Below, piece after piece: positions 1 through 13,300 of a stretch of DNA of 64,000 nucleotides. Position 1 is the stretch's first letter; every line of letters begins with the position of its first letter. Both the position numbers and the translations under genes were made by a program. A model generated the notes under the pieces. It ran no database searches, was not told where the DNA came from, and saw only the letters and a program-made list of their open reading frames with translations. Source of the stretch: Azolla caroliniana (taxonomy: Eukaryota; Plantae; Polypodiophyta); NCBI GenBank assembly GCA_043228905.1, contig JBHGNT010000003.1:1426001-1490000 (forward strand), read 5' to 3'.

Positions 1-1
1 C

Positions 2-202
2 ATGGACATCGACATCCAGAACGCGCAATTACGTGCCAAGCGTGCATTGCCCGAACTAGACAGCCAGGGACGCCCCAAATGTTTCTACTGCAACAACTAT
101 GGCCACATTCGGCGTCACTGCCGAAAGTGGCAGAATCACCAACAGAAGCAGAACGTCCAATTGGCTGACGCTGCCTCCCTCTCTGAGCTCCCGAAAAACT
201 AA
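2..202 (+). CDS. gag: gag C-terminus (CCHC zinc knuckle), partial
   Basis: CX2CX4HX4C motif; ends CCG AAA AAC TAA overlapping the pol-frame ATG. Confidence 0.85.
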   Translation: MDIDIQNAQLRAKRALPELDSQGRPKCFYCNNYGHIRRHCRKWQNHQQKQNVQLADAASLSELPKN

Positions 203-3200
203 TGCGCGGGGTGCCGCAGGGAGAGCCGCCCCCGCACGTCCACGTCTCCACGTCCTCAACTTCTCCCGTTTCTCCCACGATCGAGCCGCCCCCGCATGTC
301 CACGCCTCCACTTCATCAACTTCGCCCGTTTGTACCACAATCTCCCGCCTCCAGCACACGACCCAAGAAGTTCTCCTCGACTCCGGCAGCAACATCTCTT
401 CCATCAGCGCAGATTTAGTCACCCAATTACAACTTCCCACGAGCCACGCACCGCCCATTAAAATCCTCTTCGGCGACCAACAACAGGTGTACCACTCACA
501 TACGCAAGTCAGGTGCATGCTCACCATTAGTTCCGCCCAGATCCACCATCGTTTCTACGTCCTCCCGCGCCAGTTGTTCCCAATCACCTTGGGATGTGAT
601 TGGTTCCTCCATAGTCGAGCCTGTCTCGATTTCTCCGCACAACAGCTCTTCCTCCCAAATCACATTCCGATCGCGCTCTTCACTACTCCGCGGGATACCA
701 CCCACATCAGCAACACACAGTACCTGATATCACCGGCGGAGCGCATCAACGACATCAGACGGCTCCTCGCCACCTTTCCCTCGTCTACACCACCTGTAAA
801 ACCTCCCTCGGTCCGTTTTCCGATTCACCACACGATTCCTACAGGCAACGCCTGCCCCATCAACGCAGCTCCCCGACGTCGCTCGCCTCTCGACCACGAG
901 CGCATCGACAACGCCGTCAAAACTATGCTCCAACAAGGGATTATCACACCTTCCAAGAGCGAGTGGATCTCGGAGCCACACATGGTAAAGAAAGGGGATG
1001 GTTCTTACCGCTTTTGTGTCGACTTCCGATAACTGAACCATGTCACCACCCATGACCGATACCCTCTCCCTCGTATCGATGACCTCCTCGACCAGCTTGG
1101 CAAATCAAAGTACTTCACCTCCCTCGATCTAGCCTCGGGATATTGGCAGATCCCGATGAATCCTCACGATGCCCACAAAACTGCATTCCGCACTAGGAAA
1201 GGCATTTTTCAGTTCACACGGATGCCCTTTGGCCTATCTGATGCAGGGAGCACATTCCAGCGAATGGCTAATGCCATCTTCGATGATCTCATCACCCGCC
1301 GTGTCGTCATCGTCTATCTAGACGATATTCTGGTACATACAAGCACTTGGGCAGAACACCTTCAAGTCCTTCGGGAGGTCCTAACTTGTGTTCAACGCTA
1401 TTGATTGCAGCTGCAATGGAAGAAGTGCCGATGGGGTAGTACGTGCCTCCGCTTCCTTGGGTACGTCATCTCCTCCGACGGAATACAAATGGACCCGGAG
1501 AAGACAGAAGCAGTCCAAAAATTCCCACGCCCCACCACAGTCAAGCAGCTTCAACGCTTCCTCGGCCTCCTCACGTTCTCTCTTCGTTTCATCCCACGGC
1601 TAGCCGACCTGTCAGCCCCACTACGCGCGCTCCTACAAAAAGACGCACCCTTCCTGTGGACCGAAGCCTGCGAATCCAGCTTCCTGCAGCTCAAGAGAAC
1701 ACTCCAAGCCTCTGACCTCCTGGCCCACCCTGATTTCACGAAGCCTTTCCATCTGCAGACGGATGCCTCCAATGTCGGCCTTGGTGCAGTCCTGCTCCAA
1801 TCCGACGACAACGACCAACTCCGCCCGATTGCCTACATCAGTCGGTCACTTACCAAAGCCGAACAAAATTACTCGACAACTGAAAAAGAGTTCCTCGCCA
1901 TCGTCTGGGCATTCCATCGTTTCCACCCATACCTTCACGGATCAAATACATCAGTCGAAACCGACCATCAGCCATTGCTCTCCCTCATAAAGAAGGCTCA
2001 TCCACCCGGCCGCTTACTTCGTTGGGTTTTGGCGCTACAAGATTACACATTCACTCTGCGCTATCGCCATGGTCCACAAAACATCGTCGCCGATGGATTA
2101 TCCCGCATATCCTTTCAGGCGAACCAGATCACCTCCAACACAATCGATTTCCCCATATCCTCGTCCCAAATGGCCAACATGCAACAACACGACAAACAAA
2201 TCCAAGATATCTGCCACCGCCTACGAGCTGAACCGACATCATCCCTCACCAAGCAATTCATGATCCAGGATAATGTCCTACTTTTTTGTCAAGTAGGCAA
2301 AGAACCCCGAGTCTACGTGCCTGAGCAACTACGCCAGTCTTACCTTCGTTTCTTCCACGATCACCCGTTGTCCGGCCACTTGGGTTTTCATAAGGTGCTC
2401 GACAAAATTCGTCGCAAATTCTATTGGCCTGGGCTACGCCACGAGGTCGCCTCCTACATCAAAGCATGCAACTCATGTCAGGCCATCAAATCACCTCAAG
2501 TGGCTCAAGGCCTCTTACATCCGATACAAGTTCAAGCTCCATTTGAAATCGTCGGATGGGACATTATGGGCCCCTTTCCCGAGTCACAAGGAGGGAACAA
2601 GTTCATCCTCGTCATCACCGAGTACTTGACGCGTTGGGCTGAGACGGCCGCTATCCCAGATGCAAAGGCTATGACCATCGCCTCCAAACTATTGGAGAAA
2701 ATCATCTTCCCCCACGGTTGCCCACTCCAAATCTTGTCTGATCGAGGACCCCAGTTCAACGGTGAGCTCCTACGCCTCGTTTCAACACAACTAGGAATCC
2801 AACAGTTATTCACGTCACCCTACCATCCGCAAACGAATGGGTTGACGGAGCGCCTCAATCGAACCTTAAAACAACAAATCTCAGCCTACATCGATCCGCT
2901 GCACTCAACCTGGGACCAAATCTTGCCCTTCGTTACGCATGCCTACAACACAACTGTGCAAGCCTCTACTCGCATTAGCCCATTTCGGGCCCTTTACGGA
3001 AGGGACCCGCGCTTACCCCCAGAAGTGGCAGTCCCGCAACCAACCACACGACTCCACGCTGACGCAGTGTCTTGGTGGTCCCACCTACAACAACTCCAAC
3101 CCCTCCTCCGCAAAGCCATCACGAGCAACCTGCACCAGGCACAACTACGCCAAAAACGACAACACGATATAGGCCGTGTCGACCATCAATACCACGTCGG

Positions 3201-3483
3201 TGACAAAGTCCTCGTCTACTTCCCCATCCGTCGTCGCAGTCTCAGCGAATCGCTCATGCACCGATGGATCGGTCCCTTCGAAGTTCAAAAGCAGATACGC
3301 GACACTACATACCTGCTCCGCCGCGCCTCCAACAACCGCTCTACCTTTGCTCACCAGTCTCGCATGAAGCCCTTCCATCAACTACCACCGCCCCCGCCCA
3401 CACTCATGCCTACGCCCACGCCCGTGTCATCCCCCCGTCTGGAACCGTCGTCCACGCCTCGTCGCGCTTCGACTGCACAATAA
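202..3483 (+). pseudogene. pol: pol (PR-RT-RNaseH-IN) with two in-frame stops
   Basis: One frame from 202 to 3483 broken only by TAA at 1030-1032 and TGA at 1402-1404; all domains recognisable; no chromodomain. Confidence 0.93.
221..340 (+). repeat. 60-bp tandem duplication in the gag-protease linker
   Basis: EPPPHVHVSTSSTSPVSPTI followed by EPPPHVHASTSSTSPVCTTI. Confidence 0.9.
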
Positions 3484-3497
3484 CTTTTTTTTTTTAC

Positions 3498-3507
3498 AAG
3501 GGGGAAT
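3498..3507 (+). promoter_or_regulatory. polypurine tract
   Basis: AAGGGGGAAT directly before TGTGGTGG at 3508. Confidence 0.85.
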
Positions 3508-3880
3508 TGTGGTGGTCACATGGACCACACCTAGATTAGGCCCCTACCAAGCCCCATGCACCACACATAGACCACACCCAAATTAGGCCCCTACCAAGCC
3601 TCATGCACCACACCCAAACTAGGCCCCCACCAAGCCCCATAATTAGTAGAGCTAATTGGAGCGGGAGAACACCCTCCACGCTAAGAGAGAGTCTATAAAA
3701 TGTAACTTGAGACATAATGAAAGGAGGGCTATTCTTGAGAGCATTTCACATCTTGAGCATTTCACAATATAGAGATCGAATGGTCATTTTGTCGTAATTG
3801 CTTTCCTTTTTAAGCTTTCAACTCATATAATAGCTCCCAACCTCATATTTATAAGTTCTAACCATTTGTTGTTTACCACT
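3508..3880 (+). repeat. 3' LTR of the gypsy element (right end approximate)
   Basis: Starts TGTGGT after the PPT; three AGGCCCC(T/C)ACCAAGCC repeats; TATAAAA at ~3694; likely end at TTTACCACT (3880) or TCTACA (3887). Confidence 0.7.
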
Positions 3881-4331
3881 ATCTACAGATGGTGCATTCA
3901 TGTAACTATACATTTGTAATGGCCTAAGCTGTTTTTGGGGTGCATTGTATAGTGTTATTTATTGATTGTCATTAAATTTTCTACTAAATTTGATATGAAC
4001 TTGTGGTATCATTACCTTAATTATTTCATGCACAAAAAGACAACTAATTAGGTCGATCAATAAATGAGAGCATTGCCATGATTGAAAATTGGAACAAAAA
4101 CAATTTTGATTATTAACACTAAGATGGAAAGTGTCAATTACAAATATATATACACACGTATATACAAAATTCTCATTGGATAAGCGTGAAATCTCTATAT
4201 GCATATAACAATCCCACTCACTCCCACATGTTACATAATTGTACGGTATTGACAAATTTGTCCATGCTACCTGACATGTTTTGGTGCAAAGTCCACATCC
4301 CTCGGGATTTCAAAATCCTCTTGTAATTCAC

Positions 4332-7300
4332 TTAACTAGGGTTACTATGCACATCAATATCATGCCTGATACACATAAAAAATAAGAGAAATCAAACCAT
4401 TAAAAATGTTTTGTAAAATAAACAAGATATTAAGTGCTAACGCACAAACCTAACACCAATAGCTTTGCCTTTCTGTAGCAATGCCATTGGATAGTGCATG
4501 CGATGTGGGGAATCATTGATGGCTTAAAATGTAATAAAGATATACACTAATCTTCAAAATGTACTTACTCAAAAACAAAGTCGGGAATCGCTAGTTGATC
4601 TTTAGCAACATATGTAAACAAGTCATTCAACTTGTGCACATATACGACCTTTGCCCAAACCTACATATGCAAGCAAAATAACAAAAAAGAGCTAATCATG
4701 ATCATCTCTCAAAATAATGCATCATATACACAAGCATTGCGACATACTTTTCGCAAAAGCAAGATAATACAAAAAATCCGTCAATTTCTCATTAAATATG
4801 CGCTTGACAATGTCCTTAAGAGACATCAACAATCACATGAATGGAACCATCTACATAATCGGTATGGATCAAAAGGTGATTAGTCCCAACATTTAACTCA
4901 TTAAGAATAATCCCAATGTGTGCACAAGAGCCCCATTGTCGAACCCATGCCAAAAAATAGAGTGAAGAGTTCATAGTCCCACGGGAAAAAGCCACAAAGC
5001 CAAAATGACTTTTCATAATTGATAGGATTTCATATGCACTCCCAACCCAACATCCAACATGCAAATTTTTTATCATGATTACTGCTTTAATCAATACCAT
5101 TCCCCTTATACAAATGACACAATGTAGGTTAGTGCCAATTATAAAGCAATGCTACCATAATTAGAACTAAGGTTAGTTATGTAATATGCAGAATTCCCAG
5201 GTAGACTTTGCAAATATCTTTTCCGTAAAAGGTGACAAATATCTTTCATGGTCATTTGACTTGCTATTCCCAACAAACCAATGACTTTTGCATATTCCAC
5301 ACATCATTACAAAATGTTTCCAATACCCACACACACACATAAATGTACATACATATTTATGAGATTAAGGGTTTGGAAAACACACTTGTGAGTCCACAAG
5401 TATCCTCAAGAAGAGTACATTGGCCTTCAAGCCCATTGTCGGATGTACCATGTAAATCTTCTGCAACAAACACATCAATGAGAAAAGGTGAGATGCATGA
5501 AGTGAATGCCCAATTACTTGTGATGGGACAAAGGCCTACATGTAGATTAGCCTTGTGTTTTGGTCCCATGAGTTGGTGTACATGCTTCATCCATTGTGTG
5601 TCTGGAATGCTGATCAACCCAAAAAAAGATTTATAGGTTTAAACATTTTCAATGCAAACCGGAGTAATTTTTGCAACTAAATACAGTTCAATTCCAATCT
5701 TAAAAGAGTTCAAACTTTAGGAACTCCTCCATTAGTATGATCCAAGGGCCTAGAGAAATATTCAACTTGAAAATCTTAAAAACTTACAATTGTAGAGCTG
5801 CAGCAGAGTGGAAATAAACAACTGTGTAGGGCTTATTTATAATAGGTTCGAATTCCTGAAACAAATCCACATAAGCACAAGGTTTTTACCTTACAGAAAG
5901 AAAGAAAATGTGATTTGGACCACTCTTTAAACAGGTATGACTCAAAAGTATATATCGACGTGGTGAGATATGATAAACAAGTGATTGGAATGTATTGGTA
6001 TCTACTTTTTGAGATCAAGCTTGCACCATGAAATGAAAACTTAGGGAGCCATCCAACAGCAAAAAGGAGGAGGGAAAAGACTCTGACATCTATCGGTATT
6101 TATTGTTTCTTATTATTTCCTCAAATGCCTCCAAATTATTATTGTTACCACCCAAACGCCGTCAGCCAACCCCCAAAAAGAGCAATTATATATGTTTGAT
6201 TCATCCTTTTTTCTCAATTTTATGCGCTGTACGAACAATTATATGGTTAATTTCATCAGGGAGTTTTGGGAAGATAACAGGAACTACTCAAGGCCATTCC
6301 ATGATATAAAGAAAAACAGCAAGAGTACATTTTGGAGTTTTCTTCCCCGAGTAGTAAGTAGTAAATGAGCGGGTGATGTCGCTTGCCTTAACAACATAAA
6401 GAAGGAATTGCTCCAAACCAAGAGATCGCCGTAGGAAATGAGCGCCCACCACAACCATAACAGAACATCCATCCTTATCGATACCCCCACGATACCTGTA
6501 TGATTATGAAATGGCATATGGTAATAATATAGATTTATATAAGTTTTCATAAAGGGCATTGTAGTCAAAATAAGATTTAAATTATTAACATTTCAAAAAG
6601 ATATATTTCATATCCATCTGTTTAATTGCTTCCAAAAAATACTCACAATATCTTCATCTCTGCTATCCATGAAAGATTGGCTGCCTTTGCTCTGGCCAAA
6701 TATCTATGATGGAAAATAGTGTCCAAACCACCATACTCATTACTATGGCTTAACCATTTTGTCCATGACCAACCAGGAGGCACTTTTGAAGCTTTTGCCC
6801 ATTGCTCTTCTCTTCGACGATCAGGATCTTCAGTCATTACCAGAAAAGAAGAATCCATAGAAGATAATTCCAAGAAAGCATGCCCACTGTTCAAAGAATG
6901 TCAAGCAGACATAAAATCAATCAGATGCTACCTCCCACCATAACCAAAAAACCGGATTAGGAAAACAAAACATGAAATCAATAGACACATCAACAAATAT
7001 CAATGTACACATCAATGGATCAGAATTCAATCGATAGCACTAGAAAACCCAATTACACAAAAAAAAAAAAAAAAATCTAAGAAAAAACAAAGACAAAACA
7101 ATCACAAAGTGAAAAAAAATACAAAAATACTATTACAGGGAAAAAAACATAAAAACTGATCACAATATATATAAACCTAAACGCACAAAAAAAAAACATA
7201 ATAACCAAGCATGAAAGAGAAAAAAAAAAATGAATTAATAATATAATATCTACACTTGACCTAATTTTCATGAGTTGATGTTCACCATCTTTGGAAACTG

Positions 7301-10300
7301 AAGAACTCCGGTTGCTAACTTCGGTAGAGACCCCTGGGAGTGCTTTTATCCTTATCTTACGTTCAGATATATCATTCTCTCCGTTTTCTTTGCCCATTTC
7401 TGGTGGTAAGTTTAATGATGCATAATGCTCTTCAATTTTATTTCTAGGGAAATAAAGGAGGAGTAATCTGCAAATTGCATCCAAATGTGGTAACTCCTGT
7501 AAGAACAACTCTGACCATATGTTAAGAGAACTATACATTAGTCTCAATATATCATTATTGCTTTTTTACCTTTCATAGATATCAATGTCTATATCTGATG
7601 AAAGACATAAGACCACATCGTTAATCTTACTCCCTTGTCTCTCTAAGAATTGTCGTACAGTACCTAAGTTTAAACAAAAAAAACCCACAGTCCGCAAAGT
7701 TTGAAGTTAAACGCCTATTTTATCATGATTGTCATTATAGCAACTATTTGTGTTCGACAAATGCCTCTCAATCTATAATGATTGTCATTATGGCAGCTAT
7801 TTAGTTCATCATAACACCTATCACCTTATTGCAATATGGCAGCTATTTTGTGATGAGTAACAATTTGAAGGGTCAAAGAACTTTCTAAACTGCTATCATC
7901 AGAATGGCCATGCGAAATTTACACATAAACACTTACGAAGAGCAACGTGTGCAGCTTTCTCTCGAGGATATCCTTTACCCTCCATATAGTTACATCCAAA
8001 TGCAATACTGTATTCACCATTCCAAGGTATATTAGAACTTAGTTGCTAGTTCCAAGCTCTTAACAGAATTGCATTTATCAAGTGCAGATTCATTGAGAAG
8101 TCTTGAAATAGGTTACATTGAAACTACCTGTGAAGATCATGCTCAATTAGCAACTCTAGACATGATTCATAGCAGCGACTTAATGCATTCTCTGCAGCTG
8201 AATGATATTTCTCTACATAATTCGGTCCAACAGTATGTATGACCTTCCTGTCCAGTTACAAGATTATGATACAAACTGTTAGTAACAATATTAAAAGATT
8301 AAATTGTTTTTTACAGGGTTTTCCTATCTCATTTAAAATTGAAAAATAGATAGGTTTTAACCTTGCAGGTAAATCGTAAGCGCCTGTAATTTGTGCCATC
8401 CCAACTCTACAACCACCCTACATAGTTATAAAGAAAAAGATAAAGAAAAAAAACTACAATAATATAGTCAACAAAAATATCCAACTAAATAGCAAAATAA
8501 TAAACAAAGAAAAAATCAAATCTACATGACCAAATAATAAAACAGTTTAATTTCTAAATTACTTGGAGTTTTGATATACAATTTGTTCTTACCAAACTAG
8601 CGCATTCCTCAGAAAGCATAGCCCCCGCTGCAGCATGTAGTCTTGGGTTACACCCTTTTATATCAAGGATCTACATTTATTGTAAAACAACAATAAAAAT
8701 TAAATAAATTAGTACACAATTCCTCTTCAACACTAATCATTCGCAATATGTTTCCTAAGCTTAGAAAAGAAATAGGAAGCATGAAACTTAGTACATAGAT
8801 TTCACTAATCCAGTGTCAAAAAGCACCCACAACCGAATCTTGCAAAAATAAGATTTTAGTAGACAATTCCTATTCAGTGATAAGCATTTCCTCTATGTGC
8901 TTGGAATAAACGAACTGGTTAAAAAGAAGTTTAGCACATAGATTTCTAAGCTTCTAAGCTTAGATATGATCAACTTCTCAGTGATTATATAAAAGAAATA
9001 TTGTACATACATAGGAGATGCACAAAACTTACAATACCGTTTCAGCAGAAGAACCATAGGAATATTCAAGTAAGGCAAATACATAGACAAAATCAAATGT
9101 TTTTCAGCACTTAGACATGAGGATCAACTTCGAAGTCAGTGATTATAAATAAATACCGTTTCTCGCCTTCTAAGCTTAGATATGATCAGCTTCTCAGTGA
9201 TTATATAAAAGAAATATCGTGCATACATAGGAGATGCACAAAACTTACAATTATACCGTTTCAGCAGAAGAACCATAGGAATATTCAAGTAAGGCAAATA
9301 TATAGACAAAATCAAATGTTTTTCAGCATTTAGACATGAGGATCAACTTCGAAGTCAGTGATTATAAATAAATACCGTTTCTCGCCTTCTAAGCTTAGAT
9401 ATGATCAGCTTCTCAGTGATTATATAAAAGAAATATCGTGCATACATAGGAGATGCACAAAACTTACAATACCGTTTCAGCAGAAGAACCATAGGAATAT
9501 TCAAGTAAGGCAAATACATAGACAAAATCAAATGTTTTTCAGCACTTAGACATGAGGATCAACTTCGAAGTCATTGTATAATGAAAATTTTCACAAAGTC
9601 AATATGTACAATATTGTTTTAGTAAAAAAGAATCATAGAAAATATCATGCAGGTGTCGAAACATCCAACAATATCTGTTCCTCTATGACATCTAGCTCAA
9701 GTCTCTCACCCAAAAGAGAAAGAAGAAGAAAAATGTTCTTTTTTTCAAAAATAGAACAGATTCATCTTTATAAAGGCATCGCAGTTCACACCTCATGAAT
9801 TCATCCACATTAAAAACCATCATATATCACAAATCCTAAGGAAGAAAAATAATCAGTTCTTTCCACATTTTAAAAGAAGGCAATGCAGTTCATACCTCGT
9901 GAATTCATCCCCATTAAAAACCATCATATATGACAAATCCTAAGGAAGAAAAAAAAATCAGTTCTTTCCACATTTACCCTTTCAAGCTATCTTCACACAA
10001 AAAAACCATCATACGCACAGAATGAGGAAGAACTGAATTAGGTGCAAAAAATTACTAGAGAAAAGGGCAAAAAATTAATCAAAATATAGAGAAGAAATGG
10101 GCATTCTTTTACCTCATTCGAAGAGTTAACAATAGCATCAATGGAGAGGCACCATGGATCTCCATAAAAGACGTGGATTTTGGAGTTTAGCTGGGGGTCT
10201 AAAGGAAACTTTGAAGAAGAAGATGAAGACAGACGAGTCGGAGAGAGAAGAGGGTCATCAAAAAGGTCCACTTCTTCTTGACCCGTGCGCTCTCGGTCGC

Positions 10301-10406
10301 CATGGCGTGCAGAAGGTGTATTATTGAAAGGAGAAGGAAATACCAGTAAATCTGTCCAGGGAGGAATATGATGCAGAGAAACGGTAGAGAAATTGGGTCT
10401 CTCCAT
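4332..10406 (-). CDS. GDAP2: GDAP2-like macro domain + CRAL-TRIO/BCH protein, 14 exons, ~535 aa
   Basis: Exons 10406-10113, 8670-8593, 8417-8362, 8247-8128, 8007-7937, 7663-7570, 7467-7261, 6886-6647, 6495-6387, 5855-5788, 5609-5540, 5460-5386, 4660-4569, 4365-4332 splice in frame. Motifs DAIVNSSNE, LHAAAG, AYDLPARKVIHTVGP, YPREKAAHVALRTVRQFLE, YRGGID..VMVVVGAHF, KPYTVVYFHSAA, IPDFVFEHD. Confidence 0.92.
8952..9573. repeat. ~217-bp tandem repeat, about 2.9 copies, in GDAP2 intron 1
   Basis: TTCTAAGCTTAGATATGATC recurs at ~8952, 9168 and 9387; ORFs at 9139 and 9358 are near identical. Confidence 0.95.
9772..9976. repeat. ~105-bp tandem duplication
   Basis: GCAGTTCA.ACCTC.TGAATTCATCC...AATCAGTTCTTTCCACATTT occurs twice. 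Confidence 0.85.
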
Positions 10407-10543
10407 CGCCTACTCTTATTCTGCTTCTTCTCCCTCTTCTTCTTCTTCTTCTTCTTTCTCTTCTTCTTCCTCTGTTTCTGTAGATCACTGTTTTTCTTTC
10501 TTAGAATGTATGTGTCATGTGATGAAGTTTTTTCTGTTTATAT

Positions 10544-11530
10544 TGTTAGGCATGGGATCTCTCTAAAACAGAAGACTTGTCCATCCAGATGGGCATGGAG
10601 ACCAATCTCCCGAGGTCTCGAAAGAGTGTTCTCGGATCGAGATCCTTCGGACAATGTTAAGAAGGCACGTGACCAAATCGAGAGATGGTTTGTTGGCACA
10701 CAACTTATTCAGTAACCGATTTAGATACTGGAATCAAGAGACGGTTTGTTGGCACGCAACTTATTCAGTAACCGATTTAGATTCTAGAATCGAGGGACGG
10801 TTTGTTGGCACGGTTTATTCAGGAACCGAACTAGATTCTAGAATCAAGAGACAGTTTATTGGCACACAACTTATTCAGTAACCGATTTAGATACTGGAAT
10901 CGAGAGACGGTTTGTTGGCACAACTTATTTAGGAACCGATTTAGATTCTAGGATCAAGAGACGGTTTATTGGCACACAACTTATTCGGTAACCGATTTAG
11001 ATACTGGAATCAAGAGATGGTTTGTTGGCACAGCTTATTCAGGAACCGAACTAGATTCTAGAATCGAGAGATGGTTTGCTGGCCCGGCTTATTCGGGAAC
11101 CGATTTAGATATTGGAATTGAGAGACGATTTGTTGGCACAGCTTATTCAGGAACCGAACTAGATTCTAAAATCGAGAGATGGTTTGCTGGCCCGGCTTAT
11201 TCGGGAACCGATTTAGATACTGGAATCGAGAGACGGTTTGTTGGCACAACTTATTCAGGAACCGAACTAGATTCTAGAATCGAGAGATGGTTTGTTGGCA
11301 CGGCTTATTCGGGAACCAATTTAGATTCTAAAAATAATTGACAAACTTACACTCTAATAGCATAATAATTGTGAAGAGTAAGCTTGACAAGATCCTAAAT
11401 TAGGACCAGAATATTCATTGGAACCTCCAGGCCATCATCTTGAGCACGATACCAATTATAATGAGATTGTGACACACGCCAAATATTGTGATTCCTTAGT
11501 CACGTGTTTGGATCTCTATACCTGATAACA
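10544..11530 (-). mobile_element. probable 3' LTR carrying an internal tandem array
   Basis: Minus strand reads AAGGGGGA (PPT-like, 11531-11538), then TGTTATCAGG...ATGCCTAACA; TG..CA ends with TGTTA/TAACA inverted termini; no partner LTR found. Confidence 0.6.
10676..11332. repeat. tandem array of 12 x 54-56 bp
   Basis: Unit AATCGAGAGAYGGTTTGTTGGCACAACTTATTCAGKAACCGAWYTAGATWCTRG; variants ending TACTGG and TTCTAG alternate. Confidence 0.97.
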
Positions 11531-11835
11531 TCCCCCTTAGGTTTTCAAGCTCATTGAGCTCAGAACCTACCAAATGCAACCAACCTAACTTTCAATCACT
11601 TCGTTGCATGTCTTTGCACCCAATGTCATGCCATGTACCCCTCCCTCCCCCCCCCCCCCCCCAAGAAAAAAGGATACTTTAAGAACTTGAAAACTATTTG
11701 AAAGTGAGATGAAGGGTTAAAAACGTGAGAAGACTCGTATGGATAGGGGGTTCTAAAACCCCGGCGGTATGGAAGCAATTGTGCTAAGCAAAAGATGACT
11801 GGGTTCTACAAAAAGAAATGCATTCCACCATCAAT

Positions 11836-12154
11836 ATTCCGCTTTCTTAAGGTTTCGTAGGGTTAAACCTCCCCTAATCATAACCCTTCAAATAAACATC
11901 TTAGCTCTAAATGGAAGAGTGGCAATGCTAGCCCATCTCTACCACAAGTTGTGGGCTTCATGATTGCTCTCATTCTCTTGTAATTGTCTCAACCATTCCG
12001 CTTTCTTAAGGTCTCGTAGGGTTAAACCTCCCCTAATCATAACCCTTCAAATAAACATCTTAGCTCTAAATGGAAGAGTGGCAATGCTAGCCCATCTCTA
12101 CCACAAGTTGTGGGCTTCATGATTGCTCTCATTCTCTTGTAATTGTCTCAACCA
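11836..12154. repeat. 159-bp near-perfect tandem duplication
   Basis: ATTCCGCTTTCTTAAGG...AATTGTCTCAACC twice. Confidence 0.95.
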
Positions 12155-12699
12155 TCTACTCATGCCTATAAATTAAATTATCGTAAGCATTGTTTGTTTT
12201 TTATTCTAATAAGACGCCTATTTCCTAGAAGTTTCCACTCAACCTCGATTCAGACCCACCGAAATATGCAATTACACATTGCAAAGTGGGAAATCCTTGC
12301 ACCTTAAGCCATAAAAGTTTATAATATGTAGGAATAGCAAATCTCATCCTAGCTATTTGAAAAGCCATTATTGTATGCAATCTTGCATCTTGTAATGTAA
12401 CCAACCCAAGTGTTGTTATTTGAAAATCCTATCAAATTTGGCCCCTTCCCATATTGTGTAACATTGATAAAATGGGATGTGTTAGAAACACAAACAATCA
12501 ATTACTCCATAGACATTCTTGTTTAACTAATGATTTCCGAAGTGGGATGGGTTGGGTGAGTCCTCCATTGAGCATCCATCACATCTTAACTCCATACCTC
12601 CATTGATCTTCTCACCTAAATCCATATAACTCATTGATTCCTCCGAAAATACCAGCACATTAACATAAGCCTTTTCAAGATCTAAGTCTATCACAACTA

Positions 12700-13300
12700 A
12701 CTCTTGACCAAACTCAGCATATAGTCTATGGCCATTTGCATGTTTAACTCAATTGCAACACTTGAAAGTTACATTTATAAGTTGTATTTAAGCAACATGT
12801 TGGTAAGGTCCTAGTTATATTGTTGCTCTTAGGTCTCGAATCAAACCCATCTTGGCTCCAAGAAGTGTTTCAAGCATTAAGTGATGTTGTATCGTCGATG
12901 TACAGTCCAAAGAGGGCAAGGGAGAATTAGAATCCTAATTACATCTAAAGCCCCCATGGACACTTGATTCTTCCCAACACTTTCTCATGGAGTGCACAAA
13001 TAACCAACATCATTTGAGAGAATTTTTAGTGCACATAGTCTTTGTAAGGAACATTCCCTTGGCACAATATCAAAGACCTTGTGAAAATCTACTACAAATC
13101 TAATATAACAATTTCTTTTGCTCTTTTTCTTCGTCTATCAAGCAACATAATGTAAGACTATGGTCAATGGTCGAGAAGTCTTTCCTGAATCTCACTTTGC
13201 CTATGGCTCACATCTTTTCAAACTTCATGTTAAGGGTGGTCAATCATGACAATTCATGCACGGCTCCATAAAGTTTGGTGAGTGTGGTTATTCATGATAA
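12700..13300 (-). mobile_element. degenerate non-LTR (LINE, RTE-like) RT relic
   Basis: Minus-strand fragments FSTIDH, VDFHKVFDIVPRE and LFGLYIDD in LINE RT order (cf. VDFRKAFDTV, SPTLFGLYID); many stops; boundaries approximate. Confidence 0.6.

Larger units (their letters stand above)
1..3880 (+). mobile_element. Ty3/gypsy LTR retrotransposon, 5' end outside window, with 3' LTR
   Basis: Gag zinc knuckle CFYCNNYGHIRRHC; protease LLDSGS; RT (YRFCVDFR, YLDD); RNase H (LQTDASNVGLGAVL); integrase (HDHPLSGH..CNSC, DIMGP, SDRG, NGLTER, WIGPF) in gypsy order. Polypurine tract (PPT) followed by a TG-starting LTR. Confidence 0.97.

Noticed and set aside
4850-5320. Possible PIF/Harbinger transposase relic (VGCWVGSAYE resembles GWPGSxHD)
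   Set aside because: Only one or two weak motifs and no TIR or TSD; needs a tBLASTn to support.
10676-11332. CRISPR-like regular array
   Set aside because: Units are contiguous with no unique spacers, there are no cas genes, and the context is a eukaryotic LTR.
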